A stretch of 64,000 nucleotides of DNA from Thermoanaerobaculia bacterium (GTDB taxonomy: Bacteria; Acidobacteriota; Thermoanaerobaculia; Multivoradales; Multivoraceae), in the NCBI GenBank assembly GCA_963664405.1, contig OY761158.1:4672001-4736000 (forward strand), in the 5' to 3' direction. Position 1 is the stretch's first letter. The number at the start of each line of letters is the position of its first letter. Made by a program: the position numbers and the translations under genes. Below the pieces are notes generated by a model, which saw only the letters and a program-made list of their open reading frames with translations, made no database searches and had not been told where the DNA came from. Of the stretch, positions 1 through 10,125 are shown piece by piece.

Positions 1-1
1 G

Positions 2-2026
2 AAAGTGACCCCGTCGCGCGTGAATGATGTTGCGATGGCCCATCGGGTAGTTGATCGAGCGCTCGTAACCGAACATGGCCACGTAGCGCTCGGGGGCGTG
101 GAACATGTCGGCAAGCTTTTCTTCCAACCACCACCAGTACTCGCGCTCGGCACCGTTCTGATGATCGGTGATGAGGCCAAAGTCCATCGCGGCAGCGTCG
201 AGCATGTAGCGGTAGAAGTCGAGGACCGAGCCGTCGGGCACACCCCGTAGATCCATCGAAAGCTCGGTGTGCCTGTGGGTATCGCCGCGCAGGATGCCAA
301 GGCTCTTGCCCCCAACCCGAACTCTCCACGAGCGGATCCGCGCGACGTCTTCCTCCTCATCCGCGTGGCCGGCACTTCGCGCTGGAAACGGCGCTGCGAT
401 GCCCTCGCCGAGCCGCTGCCCTGGCGCTCCACCCGGCTCCCACCTTGCGGCGTAAATGTTCTCCACCACGGTCTCCTCGGGCAGAGTGATCATTGCGCCA
501 AAAGTGGGAAAGTTGTCGCGCGGCCATGCCAGCCACAGGCCACCCTCCGCCGACGGCGTGGCCGCTGTAGCCATGCTCAGCCTTCCCACGCTGTAGGGCA
601 CCGTCGCCGGCCTGCTCCAGCCGCTCTCAGTCATTGTCGTGGCGTAGAGCTGCCAATACTGAGCGTAGGCACCTGCGCTCTCCATCGCCCGCAGCAGCAA
701 CGTTACTCGACCCCTGGCGTCCACCGCCAACTGAGGACTCGAGAGAGAGGGGTTCTTGGTCTTTGTGTAGTGAAGACGGGCACGGGCGGGGAAGAGAGTG
801 GCGAGCTCGGGTTGCGCCGCGCTCATCTGGCCGGAGCCGAGCACCCGTACCTGGACCAGACGTTCCCGGTTGAGCATCGATCCTGCCTGGCGATCTTCGT
901 CGACGAGGAGGCCCTGATCTTTTCCCCAGCCCTCCTCTCCGACCTCGTACGCGATCCATACCCGTCCGTCGTTGTCGGTGGCCAGACTGGGCCTGGCTTC
1001 GAAGAAAGGGGTTGCGGCGATCTCGCGGATCTCACCCAGGTCTCGGTCGACACGGCGCATCAAGACGTCGTAATTACCTCGATCGTAGCTATCCCATGCG
1101 ACCTGCACCGCGCCGTTGGAGCCGACCGTGACCGCCGGGGTCCAATCGTTGGCCTCGCTGGTGGAGATGCGTCGCTCCTGCGACCAGGCCTTACCGTCGT
1201 AGCTCATATAGAAGATGTCGGATTGGCCTTTGCGGAACCCCTGCCATACCAGGTGGAGAGTGCCGTCTGGGCCGCGCGCGATCTGGTGATTGAAATCCCC
1301 TTCCGGAGCCGACGTGAGGCGCTCGAGACGCCCCCAGTGCTCGCCGTCGAACCAGCGGCCATAGAGGTCGAAGTTGGCGGCAAAGAGGTCTTGCTGTGCC
1401 CAGACCACCCACAGCCGCCCGCCCGCGTCGAAAGCGAGAGTGGGGCGCCACACATCGCCGGTCACGCCGGGGACTGGATTCCAGTGGCCCCAGAGCCCAC
1501 TCTCGGGGTTGCGACGCGCAAGACGGATCTCCTCGCGTCGGCCGGAGTAGCTGGCCCAGGCCATCCACACTTCTTCGCGATTGTCGTGATTCGACACGAT
1601 GGAGGGGTAGTCGTCGCTGCGGAAGTCTTCGCTCATCCGCACCGCGTCGTGGAAGCGCGGGTCGAGGTCCGGGTAGGGGGCCGGCTGGCGCGGGTGGTTG
1701 TAGTCGCTGGCCCATTCGGGCATCGGGGGGTCGTCATGGTTGATCTCGAACCAGGCGGGGGCGTCCTGGCGCACTCTGCCCGGAGCGAATGGATGAGCGC
1801 CCGATCCCGGATTGCGGCCGGTGCCGTCGAAGACAGCCTCAGCATCACTCTTGCCGGGTCGCAACGGCGGGAAGTCACGGCTAGGAGGCGCCGGTGCGTT
1901 GTCGCTGGAAAGGACCGGTGCCTGTGCCTCTTGGGGCCAGGCCGGCTGCACGAAAAGGACCGAAGCGAGGATGCCCAGTGCGATCGGAATGAGCCCGCTC
2001 AGGGGCCTTGGTGATCTGCTCTTCAT
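2..2026 (-). CDS. Secreted protein with beta-propeller-like N-terminus and DUF3604/PHP-like metal-binding C-terminal domain (runs off the left edge)
   Basis: Not in the ORF track because it is open to the edge. Read manually: ATG 2026 after GGAGGT SD, signal peptide MKSRSPRPLSGLIPIALGILASVLFVQPAWPQE, then motifs GDTHRHTELSMD, DFGLITDH, FGYERS, GHRN matching those of the neighbouring gene. Confidence 0.75.
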   Translation of the reverse strand, partial: MKSRSPRPLSGLIPIALGILASVLFVQPAWPQEAQAPVLSSDNAPAPPSRDFPPLRPGKSDAEAVFDGTGRNPGSGAHPFAPGRVRQDAPAWFEINHDDPPMPEWASDYNHPRQPAPYPDLDPRFHDAVRMSEDFRSDDYPSIVSNHDNREEVWMAWASYSGRREEIRLARRNPESGLWGHWNPVPGVTGDVWRPTLAFDAGGRLWVVWAQQDLFAANFDLYGRWFDGEHWGRLERLTSAPEGDFNHQIARGPDGTLHLVWQGFRKGQSDIFYMSYDGKAWSQERRISTSEANDWTPAVTVGSNGAVQVAWDSYDRGNYDVLMRRVDRDLGEIREIAATPFFEARPSLATDNDGRVWIAYEVGEEGWGKDQGLLVDEDRQAGSMLNRERLVQVRVLGSGQMSAAQPELATLFPARARLHYTKTKNPSLSSPQLAVDARGRVTLLLRAMESAGAYAQYWQLYATTMTESGWSRPATVPYSVGRLSMATAATPSAEGGLWLAWPRDNFPTFGAMITLPEETVVENIYAARWEPGGAPGQRLGEGIAAPFPARSAGHADEEEDVARIRSWRVRVGGKSLGILRGDTHRHTELSMDLRGVPDGSVLDFYRYMLDAAAMDFGLITDHQNGAEREYWWWLEEKLADMFHAPERYVAMFGYERSINYPMGHRNIIHARRGHF

Positions 2027-2055
2027 CGCCTACCTCCAAAGATCGGCCGCGCTGC

Positions 2056-4644
2056 TCAGTCGCCCGAGCGTTGGGTACCCACCCAGAAGGGGCTGGAGAA
2101 GGCGAGGCCGCCATCGAGTTGTGCTACTCGCACATAGTAGTAGTCGCCGGGCTGGTTGTCCTCGAGATCGGTGAAGCGCACTTCCTGGTCGAGGGGAGCC
2201 TCCGGCTCGACCACCTGCACGACGATGCGGTCGCTGTGCTCGTCGACCCTGAAGTCGACCTCGGCGCGCCCGTCGACGAGCTGGTTGAGCTCGATCGAGA
2301 TCTCGGCCGCCGGGATCATCGCAGGCGGTCGAACGTTGCCCGCACTCGACCCTCTTTCTTCGTTGGCCACCAGGCGAAAATGGAGTGAGCTGCTGCGGCT
2401 CGCTCCGTCGAGCTCGACCAGCATAGTGTCCATGCGTCCGCGGGTCTGGGCGTAGAAGTGAATCAGGTTCTCGTTCTCCTCGTCGACCCTGGCCGATTCT
2501 GAATAGTGATTGTCGAAACCTGGGGTCTCAACCTGAGTGACACTTGCGTCTTCGACCCGGACGCTTCCTTCCCAAACTCGGTAGGGTCTGGGGTTGTCAC
2601 GCTGAGGAAAAAATACCTCAGAGGAGGATTCGAAGCCGATCTGGAGCCACGATCTCGGCTCGAGTGAGGCCGTCAGATAGTCGCGAGTAAAGACGACTTC
2701 GCCGTTCTTGATCACGTCGATGTGGTCGATCGGGCTTGTGCCCATGACGCGGCACTCGATCTCGCGGCGCGCCGCCTGTTCTTGGCGGGTGCCCATCGGG
2801 TGACCGTTGACCTCAACATCCAGGATGATGCGCTCGCTGGTAGTGGCATAGGCGGAGAGGGAGCGCAGAGCGTCGAAGATGGCGTCGGTGCTCTTCTCTT
2901 CGGCCCAGACCGCGGCGATGCCGGCGCGCTGAGTCAGAAAGGGGTAGCGAAGTGGAGTCCCGTAGCCCGGGTTGGTGCGGTGGTCGTCGGACGCCCCGAT
3001 GAAGCCGATCTCGAAACCGGCCTGGAGATAGAGGTTGCCGAACCATTCGAAAGTGCCGTGGACCGAGGCGACTTCCACCAGTCTTTCGAGTTGGCTGTCG
3101 TTGCGGGTCCAGTCGGCGGCGTTGTGCGCGTGCGGGATGATGAGCACGTCCTCCGGGTCGTTGTCCTGGTGCAGACCCTGGTAGAGAAGTGCGAGATCGT
3201 TGTGGGTCTGTACCGGAACTCGGGTGCGTCCAGGGTTGCGGAAGAGAACGTTGTGATGGCCGCCCTGGCGACGCTGCGCCGACCACTCGTAGCCGAGAAA
3301 GGTGATGAACTCACCCTCTTCGCTGTACTGACGGGAGAGCTCGCTGAGGCGCTTCCACTCCCAGTCGTCCATCAGGGCGTCGTGCTCGGAGAGAGTCAGA
3401 AAGTCCAAGCGGGCGTCATCCCGGCCGGAGCGGTAGTAGCTGTCGGCCGAGCCTTGGCCCTCGGCGAAGCCGCAGTGGCCGTGGGTCTCCCCCCAGAAGA
3501 CCCGCCTCGGCGCGCCCTCCCTCACCCATAGAGGGTTGGCGGCGCCTGTGACCAGACCATCCGCGGTGCGGAAGGTGAAGCGGTGCACTCCCGGATTGTC
3601 GAGGGTGATCTCCTCCACGACCGTGATCGCGCTAGACGAGGCATCGACCTTGCCCCAGGGCTCCCCGTCGAGAAGGATCTCGTAAGCGGGGATCGCGCCG
3701 CTGGGCCGGTTGAAATAGGGGTCTTCACTGCGCACGCTGAGCTCGAAGCTCTCCCCGGGGGCTACCACCGACGGCACGAATCCACGGACCGATCGGGTGA
3801 GCGGTTGGCCGATGACGCGAAGAGCGGGCCAGCGCGGCGACAAGAAGTTCCCATCGCCCGCGAGGTCCACATATACGGGCAATAGCAGTCCATCGATGCT
3901 GAAGGTCTGTACCTGCCAGCCTCTGGACCCTCCGCTGCGGTCTCCGTAGGTGAAAGTCACGGTCTCGCCCGATTCGACCCTCCCTTCCCTGAGGCGAAAG
4001 GAGACGGTCGGGCTCGGTGCGCCACGGAAGGCGCCGTGCATACCGGCAAGCGGCACACGAGTGGTCTCGAAGCGGGCTGCCGGATTCGAGGACGCTACGG
4101 AGATGTAGTTATCGGCGGCGGCAGCTTCGTGCTGAAAATCGCCTTGATCGGACATCATCTGGCGCGCAAGCATCAGCGTCGCTCCGGGGACGAGTGCCTC
4201 GCTTCCCACCGTGTAGACCTGCTCGACCGTTGTCCAGCTGGCCGAGATCAGAGGCTCCTGCGAGGTGAAGTGGAGCTTGCCCAGGCCGTCGGGTCGCTCC
4301 TCCTTGAAGCTCAGCTCGCTGACATAGCGATCGATATCTTCGAGCACTCTCTGCGGCGGAGGCTCACCGTCGAATCGCGCCCTGGCAACCTCGTTGATGC
4401 GGACGGGGAGATAGACCGGCAGCATGCCGCCGTCGAGTGCGAAAGCGTTGGCCCACTCCCACAGTGTCGCGGCCCGTTCGTCAACCGTATCGACGCTCGT
4501 CGCACGACTTTGGGTCTCGGCCTTCAGCGACTCCACCCGCGCCCGAAGATCGGCGCTCAGATAGTCGCTCTGCTCGCCCGTCTGGCACCCCGAGTGAAGG
4601 AGTGCGCTGAGGGCGAAAAGCAGGCAGAGAGCTCGATCTTGCAT
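2056..4644 (-). CDS. DUF3604-family (PHP-like) metalloprotein, probable lipoprotein
   Basis: 862-aa ORF; lipobox-like LHSGC; motifs WGETHGH, LSEHD, GYEWS, GHHN, IPHAH, GASDDH, YYYVRVAQ..G..A.SSP.W. Confidence 0.75.
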   Translation of the reverse strand: MQDRALCLLFALSALLHSGCQTGEQSDYLSADLRARVESLKAETQSRATSVDTVDERAATLWEWANAFALDGGMLPVYLPVRINEVARARFDGEPPPQRVLEDIDRYVSELSFKEERPDGLGKLHFTSQEPLISASWTTVEQVYTVGSEALVPGATLMLARQMMSDQGDFQHEAAAADNYISVASSNPAARFETTRVPLAGMHGAFRGAPSPTVSFRLREGRVESGETVTFTYGDRSGGSRGWQVQTFSIDGLLLPVYVDLAGDGNFLSPRWPALRVIGQPLTRSVRGFVPSVVAPGESFELSVRSEDPYFNRPSGAIPAYEILLDGEPWGKVDASSSAITVVEEITLDNPGVHRFTFRTADGLVTGAANPLWVREGAPRRVFWGETHGHCGFAEGQGSADSYYRSGRDDARLDFLTLSEHDALMDDWEWKRLSELSRQYSEEGEFITFLGYEWSAQRRQGGHHNVLFRNPGRTRVPVQTHNDLALLYQGLHQDNDPEDVLIIPHAHNAADWTRNDSQLERLVEVASVHGTFEWFGNLYLQAGFEIGFIGASDDHRTNPGYGTPLRYPFLTQRAGIAAVWAEEKSTDAIFDALRSLSAYATTSERIILDVEVNGHPMGTRQEQAARREIECRVMGTSPIDHIDVIKNGEVVFTRDYLTASLEPRSWLQIGFESSSEVFFPQRDNPRPYRVWEGSVRVEDASVTQVETPGFDNHYSESARVDEENENLIHFYAQTRGRMDTMLVELDGASRSSSLHFRLVANEERGSSAGNVRPPAMIPAAEISIELNQLVDGRAEVDFRVDEHSDRIVVQVVEPEAPLDQEVRFTDLEDNQPGDYYYVRVAQLDGGLAFSSPFWVGTQRSGD

Positions 4645-4709
4645 TCACACTTGAATCCGGCGGGTCTGGCCAGTGGTCCCGAGGTGAGCATGAGTGTATT
4701 GTCGGAACT

Positions 4710-4725
4710 TAGACCGGTCAATCTA
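4710..4725. promoter_or_regulatory. Candidate TetR (NemR-like) operator in divergent intergenic region
   Basis: TAGACCGGTCAATCTA, 13/16 to TAGACCGATCGGTCTA. Confidence 0.35.
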
Positions 4726-4770
4726 CTTTCTGGCCGATTCTTCCAACTGTGATTCGGGAGGATTCAAACC

Positions 4771-6288
4771 GTGAACTCGGCGACTTTGGCGCTCGACAAT
4801 CTCGAACGTTTCGGGGAGTACCCCGCACTCCAATTTGCCGGAAGTGCCTATACCAACGTAGAGCTCGACGACTACGCTGGGCGCCTCGCCACAGTGCTCC
4901 AGGCTCGTGGGGTCGAGGCGGGCGACCGGGTCTTGGTACAGATGGCGAACTGCCCCGAGGTCATGGCTTCGTTTCAGGCGGTGTGGAAGATCGGTGGTGT
5001 TCTTCTACCCGCGCCTCCCCAGCTCGGTGCGGCTGAGGTCGGCTACCTGTTGGAGAACTCCGAGACCAAGGTGGCTCTCACCAGCGCAGATCTGGCTCCG
5101 CGACTAGAACAGGCGGCCGCTGCGGGACCGAGCTGCGAACAGATCCTGGTCTTCGGCGAGAGCGAGGTGGCTGGAGCCCTGGACATCACTGAAGCCGTGG
5201 CATCGGCGCCGCCGATCCGGGCCCTCACGGCGAGGGCAAGCGACGATCTGGCCCTGCTGCTCTATACCTCCGGCACCACGGGTAAGCCCAAGGGTGTGAT
5301 GCTCAGCCACGAGAATGTGGTGTCTCTTCCGCATCCGGCGGTAGCCGATCTCCCGCCTTTGATGCCGACTCTCCACGTTCTTCCCCTTTCTCACTCGTTC
5401 GGCGTTCTGATGATGAACCTGGGTCTCGTCAAAGGGATGAGGGCGCTCCTGCACACCCATTGGCGAGTGGAGAGTGTCTTCGAGGCCATCCGCGACTTCG
5501 AGGTGCAGCGTTTTGCCGTGGTGCCGACCATGATGACTTATATGCTCGACTTTCCCGAACGTGAGAGCTACGACACCTCGAGCCTCGAGGGCGTATGGAG
5601 CGGTGGGGCTCCACTTCCTGACGAGCTCCGCCGGGAATTCGAGCGGGTGTTCGCCTGTGAGGTACGCGACGGATACGGCATGACCGAGTCGATGGGTGCT
5701 GCCACCACCTATTGGCAGGGCGACGCCTTCCGCCCTGGGTCGGTGGGGAGGGCGATGCCGACCATGTCGATCGACATCGTCGACGAGCAGGGCCGTCGCT
5801 TGGAGGCGGGGGCTCACGGTGAAGTATTGATTGCCGGCCCGACGGTGATGTCGGGCTATTGGCGCAATGAAGAAGCTACCGCGGCGACTGTCAAAGATGG
5901 CTGGCTACACTCTGGAGATGTCGGATATCTCGACGAGGACGGCTTCCTCTACATCACCGATCGAAAAAAGGACCTCATCATCAAGGGCGGGGAGAACATC
6001 TCGCCGCGTGAGATAGAGGAGGCTCTCTACTCCCACCACTGTGTCTCCGAGGCGGTGGTGGTGGGAATTCCTCACCCCCGCTACGGCGAGGACATCTGGG
6101 CAGCGGTAGCCCTTCGCCCTGGTGCGGAGGCGAGCGAGGAAGAGCTGCGCGCTCATGTCGCCGCGCACGTGATCAAGTTCAAGGTCCCGACCCGCGTGGC
6201 CTTCTTCGACGAGTTGCCGAAAAACAATACCGGAAAGCTACAGAAGCGCGAGGTTAGAGAGCGACTCCTCGCGTCCGAAGGCGAGTAG
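4771..6288 (+). CDS. Long-chain fatty acid/acyl-CoA ligase (ANL superfamily)
   Basis: YTSGTTGKPKG, GYGMTE, GWLHSGD, DRKKD, PKNNTGK motifs. Confidence 0.9.
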   Translation: MNSATLALDNLERFGEYPALQFAGSAYTNVELDDYAGRLATVLQARGVEAGDRVLVQMANCPEVMASFQAVWKIGGVLLPAPPQLGAAEVGYLLENSETKVALTSADLAPRLEQAAAAGPSCEQILVFGESEVAGALDITEAVASAPPIRALTARASDDLALLLYTSGTTGKPKGVMLSHENVVSLPHPAVADLPPLMPTLHVLPLSHSFGVLMMNLGLVKGMRALLHTHWRVESVFEAIRDFEVQRFAVVPTMMTYMLDFPERESYDTSSLEGVWSGGAPLPDELRREFERVFACEVRDGYGMTESMGAATTYWQGDAFRPGSVGRAMPTMSIDIVDEQGRRLEAGAHGEVLIAGPTVMSGYWRNEEATAATVKDGWLHSGDVGYLDEDGFLYITDRKKDLIIKGGENISPREIEEALYSHHCVSEAVVVGIPHPRYGEDIWAAVALRPGAEASEEELRAHVAAHVIKFKVPTRVAFFDELPKNNTGKLQKREVRERLLASEGE

Positions 6289-6316
6289 TTCCTAGTGCCA
6301 TGTCGGAGACACGGCA

Positions 6317-7978
6317 CTAGGAGCTGGGGACCAGCCGGTAGATCGCGGTGTCGACGTCGGAGCTCAGATAGATGACGCCCGCGGAGGAGACGGCGACTCC
6401 GGTCGGGATGAAGGAGATGGGCATACCCTCGGGCACCGGCAGGCCGATCGGCAGATCCTCGGCGAGGATCTGCCGCTCGCCGCTGGCCGGATCAATCCGC
6501 GACAGAGCTCGAGCTCCTACTTCCGCCACCAGGATATGACCCTCGGTGGTTACCGCGATCCCCTCCGGTTGGGACAGGTGCTCGGCGATGACCCGCCTGG
6601 CGCCACTTTCGATGTCGATCTCGGAGATCACTCCGGCCGAGCATTCGCTCACGTACACTTTCCCAGCACCCGCCAGAGCGAGAGCTGCCGGCTCGCCGAG
6701 GCCGCTGGTGATGGTGCGTTGGATCTCCAACTCGGAGTCGACGAGCAGCAGGTCTCCGCCGCCGATCGTCGCCACCAGCCAGCTGTCGCCGCCGAGTGCG
6801 ACGACCGGTCCCGCCATCGGTAGGTCGATGGCCTTCAGAAGCTCCGAAGTCTTGCGGTCGAATATTTGAAGGGCGCTCTCGAAAAAGAACGAGATCAACA
6901 TCTTGTCTTGCCCAAGGGCGATGCCGACCGGGTTGACGGCGCCGTTTTGGTAGACGCGGACGATGTCACGTACTTCCTTGGTCGCAATGTCCACGGTCCT
7001 GTAGGAGAAGACATCGGCGACGTGCAAGATCTCCCGGCCCTCTTCTTCGATCAGGGTAAGAGCTCCTGGCAAAGCGAGCTTCCCTTCCACTACCGTGCGC
7101 GATTCCCCAGTCTCGGTGTCGATCTCGTAGATGCCGTTGTTCGCCATGTTGGTGATGAACAGGCGATCTTGCGAGTCGATGGCGAGATTGTCGAGGCTCG
7201 GGTCGACTTCGGCGACCAGAGTCTTTTCGCCGGTCACCGGATCCACTCGCCAAACCTGGCCGGGCTCGGTATCGAGCACCCACAGCTGACCCTTGGAGTC
7301 GAAGTTTGCAGCCGCGGGAACTGCGAAGCCGGAGGCGACGGTTTCGATCGTGCCCGCGTCGACGTCGATTCGAGCGATTACGCCTTTGAACCAGAGCGGG
7401 CCGTAGATCTTGCCGTCGGGTCCGAAGTCGAAGCCGTTCAGCCCACCCATGTCCTCTAGGATCTTCCTCGGTTCTGCCTCGCCCTTGGGGTCGATCTCCC
7501 ACAGCGCGTCACCATGGAAGACCTCACTGACGAAGAGCCGACCTTCTTCGTTGAAAGCGATCGAGTTGACTGCCGGAAGGCCCTCGGCGAGCACTTCGAT
7601 GGGGCCACCGGGAGACTGTGCCAGCACCTGACCGCGGAAGAGGGCGGTCCAGACCAGACGGCCCTGTGCGTCGAACTCTAGATCGTCGGCTACACCGAGA
7701 GGTGGAGCGACTCTCAATTCGACCTCGCCGCTAGCGGGATCGACGCGATAGATCGACTGTCCGACGACGCTTCCGACCCAGATCTTGTCTTCGCTGTCGA
7801 AGGTCAATCCGTGGATGCCGTGAAAGGGATTGCCCTCGATCAAGGTCTCGAGATCGTAGGTCAGATTTTGCTCGCGCGAGGGCGATGAGCTGCACCCCCA
7901 GGCGCTGAACACCAGGGCGGTGAGAAGGCCGGCGCTGGAGGCGCCTCTCAGGTTCTTTCCGACCAGCTCGAGCTTCAT
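6317..7978 (-). CDS. Beta-propeller lipoprotein (SMP-30/NHL/Vgb-like repeats)
   Basis: 553-aa ORF; AWGC lipobox; repeated GLxFDxxGxLwV-type blades. Confidence 0.7.
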   Translation of the reverse strand: MKLELVGKNLRGASSAGLLTALVFSAWGCSSSPSREQNLTYDLETLIEGNPFHGIHGLTFDSEDKIWVGSVVGQSIYRVDPASGEVELRVAPPLGVADDLEFDAQGRLVWTALFRGQVLAQSPGGPIEVLAEGLPAVNSIAFNEEGRLFVSEVFHGDALWEIDPKGEAEPRKILEDMGGLNGFDFGPDGKIYGPLWFKGVIARIDVDAGTIETVASGFAVPAAANFDSKGQLWVLDTEPGQVWRVDPVTGEKTLVAEVDPSLDNLAIDSQDRLFITNMANNGIYEIDTETGESRTVVEGKLALPGALTLIEEEGREILHVADVFSYRTVDIATKEVRDIVRVYQNGAVNPVGIALGQDKMLISFFFESALQIFDRKTSELLKAIDLPMAGPVVALGGDSWLVATIGGGDLLLVDSELEIQRTITSGLGEPAALALAGAGKVYVSECSAGVISEIDIESGARRVIAEHLSQPEGIAVTTEGHILVAEVGARALSRIDPASGERQILAEDLPIGLPVPEGMPISFIPTGVAVSSAGVIYLSSDVDTAIYRLVPSS

Positions 7979-8013
7979 TGGCGTCGTTTCGAGACGGAGT
8001 GTGAATGTTAGAG

Positions 8014-8029
8014 TATACCTATCGGTCTA
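8014..8029. promoter_or_regulatory. Candidate TetR (NemR-like) operator in divergent intergenic region
   Basis: TATACCTATCGGTCTA, 14/16 to TAGACCGATCGGTCTA; extended near-palindrome 8012-8031. Confidence 0.45.
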
Positions 8030-8100
8030 CTTTTTCGGGGTCGGTGCAGGACTGCTTGCTCGAGGCCCTCGCGCAGCACCTGAAGGGGCTCGGAGCGACG

Positions 8101-8916
8101 ATGCAGAATTTGCGATTAGGGGAGAGATACGGTGCGCTTGCGGTTGTGACGGGCGCGTCGAGTGGGATCGGTGAGGCCTTTGCGCGCCGCCTAGCTGCAG
8201 AAGGGATGGACCTCGTGTTGGTGGCGCGACGGTCTGAACGGCTCGAGACACTCGCCACGGAGCTGATGAAGGCCCATGGCATCTCGGCTCACGTTCTTCC
8301 AGTGGATCTCGGCGAGCGGGAGGGGCCGTTGAAGGTCGCCGCTTTTCTCGAAAAGAGTGATCTCGAGCTGGGTATGCTGGTTTCCAATGCGGGCTTCGGC
8401 ACCTACGGTGAGTTTCTCGACCAGGATCCCGACGAGCAGCTTCGCATCATCGAAGTCAACAACCGCGCCCCGGTGGCCCTGGCGTGCTCTCTTGCCCAGG
8501 GGATGGTGGCCCGCAAGCGCGGAGCGATGGTATTTCTGTCGAGCACGGCCGCCTACCAGCCTGTTCCTTTCGAGGCCGTTTACGGAGCCTCGAAGGCTTT
8601 TAATTTGATGTTCGGCGAGGCCCTGTGGGCGGAGCTCGGTCCGCGGGGTATTGACGTCATCGTGCTCTCTCCCGGTTTTACTCCCACCGAGTATCAGGTC
8701 AAGGCGGGTATGGGGAACCCCAAGCCGGTGACCGGTTGGACGACGCCCGCGGAGGTTGTCGAGGCCGCTCTTCAGCAGCTGGGGCGGCGCCCCTCGGTGG
8801 TTCCCGGCTGGCGCAACCGACTCATCATCCTCCTGATGAGGGTACTGACTAGGAGTGGTGCTGCACGGTTGACCTACAAGGTCAACAACCCCAAGGGCCG
8901 GGAGGAAGCTCGATGA
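8101..8916 (+). CDS. Short-chain dehydrogenase/reductase (17beta-HSD/DltE-like)
   Basis: TGASSGIG, NAG and YGASK motifs; start taken at ATG 8101. Confidence 0.88.
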   Translation: MQNLRLGERYGALAVVTGASSGIGEAFARRLAAEGMDLVLVARRSERLETLATELMKAHGISAHVLPVDLGEREGPLKVAAFLEKSDLELGMLVSNAGFGTYGEFLDQDPDEQLRIIEVNNRAPVALACSLAQGMVARKRGAMVFLSSTAAYQPVPFEAVYGASKAFNLMFGEALWAELGPRGIDVIVLSPGFTPTEYQVKAGMGNPKPVTGWTTPAEVVEAALQQLGRRPSVVPGWRNRLIILLMRVLTRSGAARLTYKVNNPKGREEAR

Positions 8917-8970
8917 CCGTCAGTGTCGAATCGTGGCCGGCTCGATCGTCTGAGTTGTAGGAGGAAAGAC

Positions 8971-9489
8971 GTGAAGAGAATCAAGATTCTTATCGCCGGA
9001 GTCGCCATCGCCACCCTTGCGTCGACTGCGTTCGCACAGTCGCCGCTGACAGAGAACACGCTCAAGTTCGCAGAGGGGGGCGCTCGGGTTGAAGCGGGCC
9101 TCGACAGTCTGTCCTGGATGGCTGGTTCGTGGGTCGGCGAGGGGCTGGGCGGAACGGTCGAAGAGATGTGGTCGCCACCCTCGGCTGGAACGATGGTCGG
9201 GACTTTCAAACTGATCCAGGAAGGCCAGCCTGTCTTCTACGAGTTCTTCGTCATCACCGACGAAGACGGGTCGCCGGTGCTCAAGCTGAAGCACTTCAAC
9301 CCGGACATGGAGGGCTGGGAAGAGAAGGATGGCTTCGTTACCTTTCGGTTGATCAAGGCGGATGACAGTGCGGCCTATTTCGGGGGGCTCACTTACCGTC
9401 GAGTCGGCGACGATGGGATGAAGGTCTTTCTCGCCATGCGTCGCAAAGGAGAGCTCGAAGAGGTCAGCTTCGAGTTCGAGCGCCGCTAG
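8971..9489 (+). CDS. Secreted DUF6265-like protein
   Basis: GTG start after AGGAGG; signal peptide; LSWMAGSWVGEGLGG.VEEMWSPP and LKLKHFNPD..GWEEK pattern. Confidence 0.65.
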   Translation: MKRIKILIAGVAIATLASTAFAQSPLTENTLKFAEGGARVEAGLDSLSWMAGSWVGEGLGGTVEEMWSPPSAGTMVGTFKLIQEGQPVFYEFFVITDEDGSPVLKLKHFNPDMEGWEEKDGFVTFRLIKADDSAAYFGGLTYRRVGDDGMKVFLAMRRKGELEEVSFEFERR

Positions 9490-9815
9490 TTACCACAGCC
9501 GGTTGCGATCGCGAGGGCCTTGCAGACAGCTTTCATCTCTTCGGAAGGCAGCGTTCCGATAAAACGTCGAAGGCGGCTCTTTTCGATCGTCTGGACGTGG
9601 TCGAGGTTGACGACCGACTCCTTTTTCAGTCCATTCGACACCCCGACCGGAACCTCACTCGGCGCCCCTCGGATGGTCGAAGTGATGGGTGCGACCATCA
9701 CCGTGTGGAGGTAGTCAATCACCTCCTCCCTAGTGAGGATCACGACAGGGCGCCGCTTGTCCGGGGAGGAAAAGGTATACATCCAGATCTCACCGCGGCT
9801 TATTCGTCGGGCCAC
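9486..9815 (-). CDS. mazF: PemK/MazF family toxin (endoribonuclease)
   Basis: RGEIW...KRRPVVILT...VAPITS...S.VNLD.VQTI; GTG start 9815 overlaps the antitoxin end. Confidence 0.88.
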   Translation of the reverse strand: MARRISRGEIWMYTFSSPDKRRPVVILTREEVIDYLHTVMVAPITSTIRGAPSEVPVGVSNGLKKESVVNLDHVQTIEKSRLRRFIGTLPSEEMKAVCKALAIATGCGN

Positions 9816-10033
9816 ACGCCCTCCTCTTCCCACCCTTCGAGGTCCGCTCCCAGCCCAGACTCCGCTCCGTAGGCTCGAGCATATTGCTCGGCAATCTCGG
9901 ACTCCCTGCGCCTCTTCAGATAGGCCGCCGCAGCTTCGCGGAGAACTGCTGAGCGACCTCGTTCCCGGACCTCCGGTCGGGAGTCGAGCTCCTCGAGGAG
10001 ATCTTCGTCGAATACAACTTGGATGGCCTTCAT
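9800..10033 (-). CDS. Ribbon-helix-helix antitoxin (CopG/MazE-like)
   Basis: MKAIQVVFDEDLLEELD...RSAVLREA RHH pattern, acidic C-terminus, directly upstream of the toxin. Confidence 0.82.
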   Translation of the reverse strand: MKAIQVVFDEDLLEELDSRPEVRERGRSAVLREAAAAYLKRRRESEIAEQYARAYGAESGLGADLEGWEEEGVWPDE

Positions 10034-10040
10034 TAAACAT

Positions 10041-10070
10041 AATATATATACATGAAATATGTATAGTCAA
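10041..10070 (-). promoter_or_regulatory. Sigma70 promoter with overlapping inverted-repeat operator for the TA operon
   Basis: AT-rich patch; minus-strand TTGACT-N18-TATATT; inverted repeat TATACAT-N5-ATGTATA (10047-10065) between the hexamers. Confidence 0.65.
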
Positions 10071-10125
10071 TATAAACACCTCCGGGTCCGTCTGGTGCAC
10101 ATACAATCTTGGGGGGCTCGACGAG

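Noticed and set aside
269-2014. 581-aa plus-strand ORF
   Set aside because: Antisense shadow of the real minus-strand gene; no motifs
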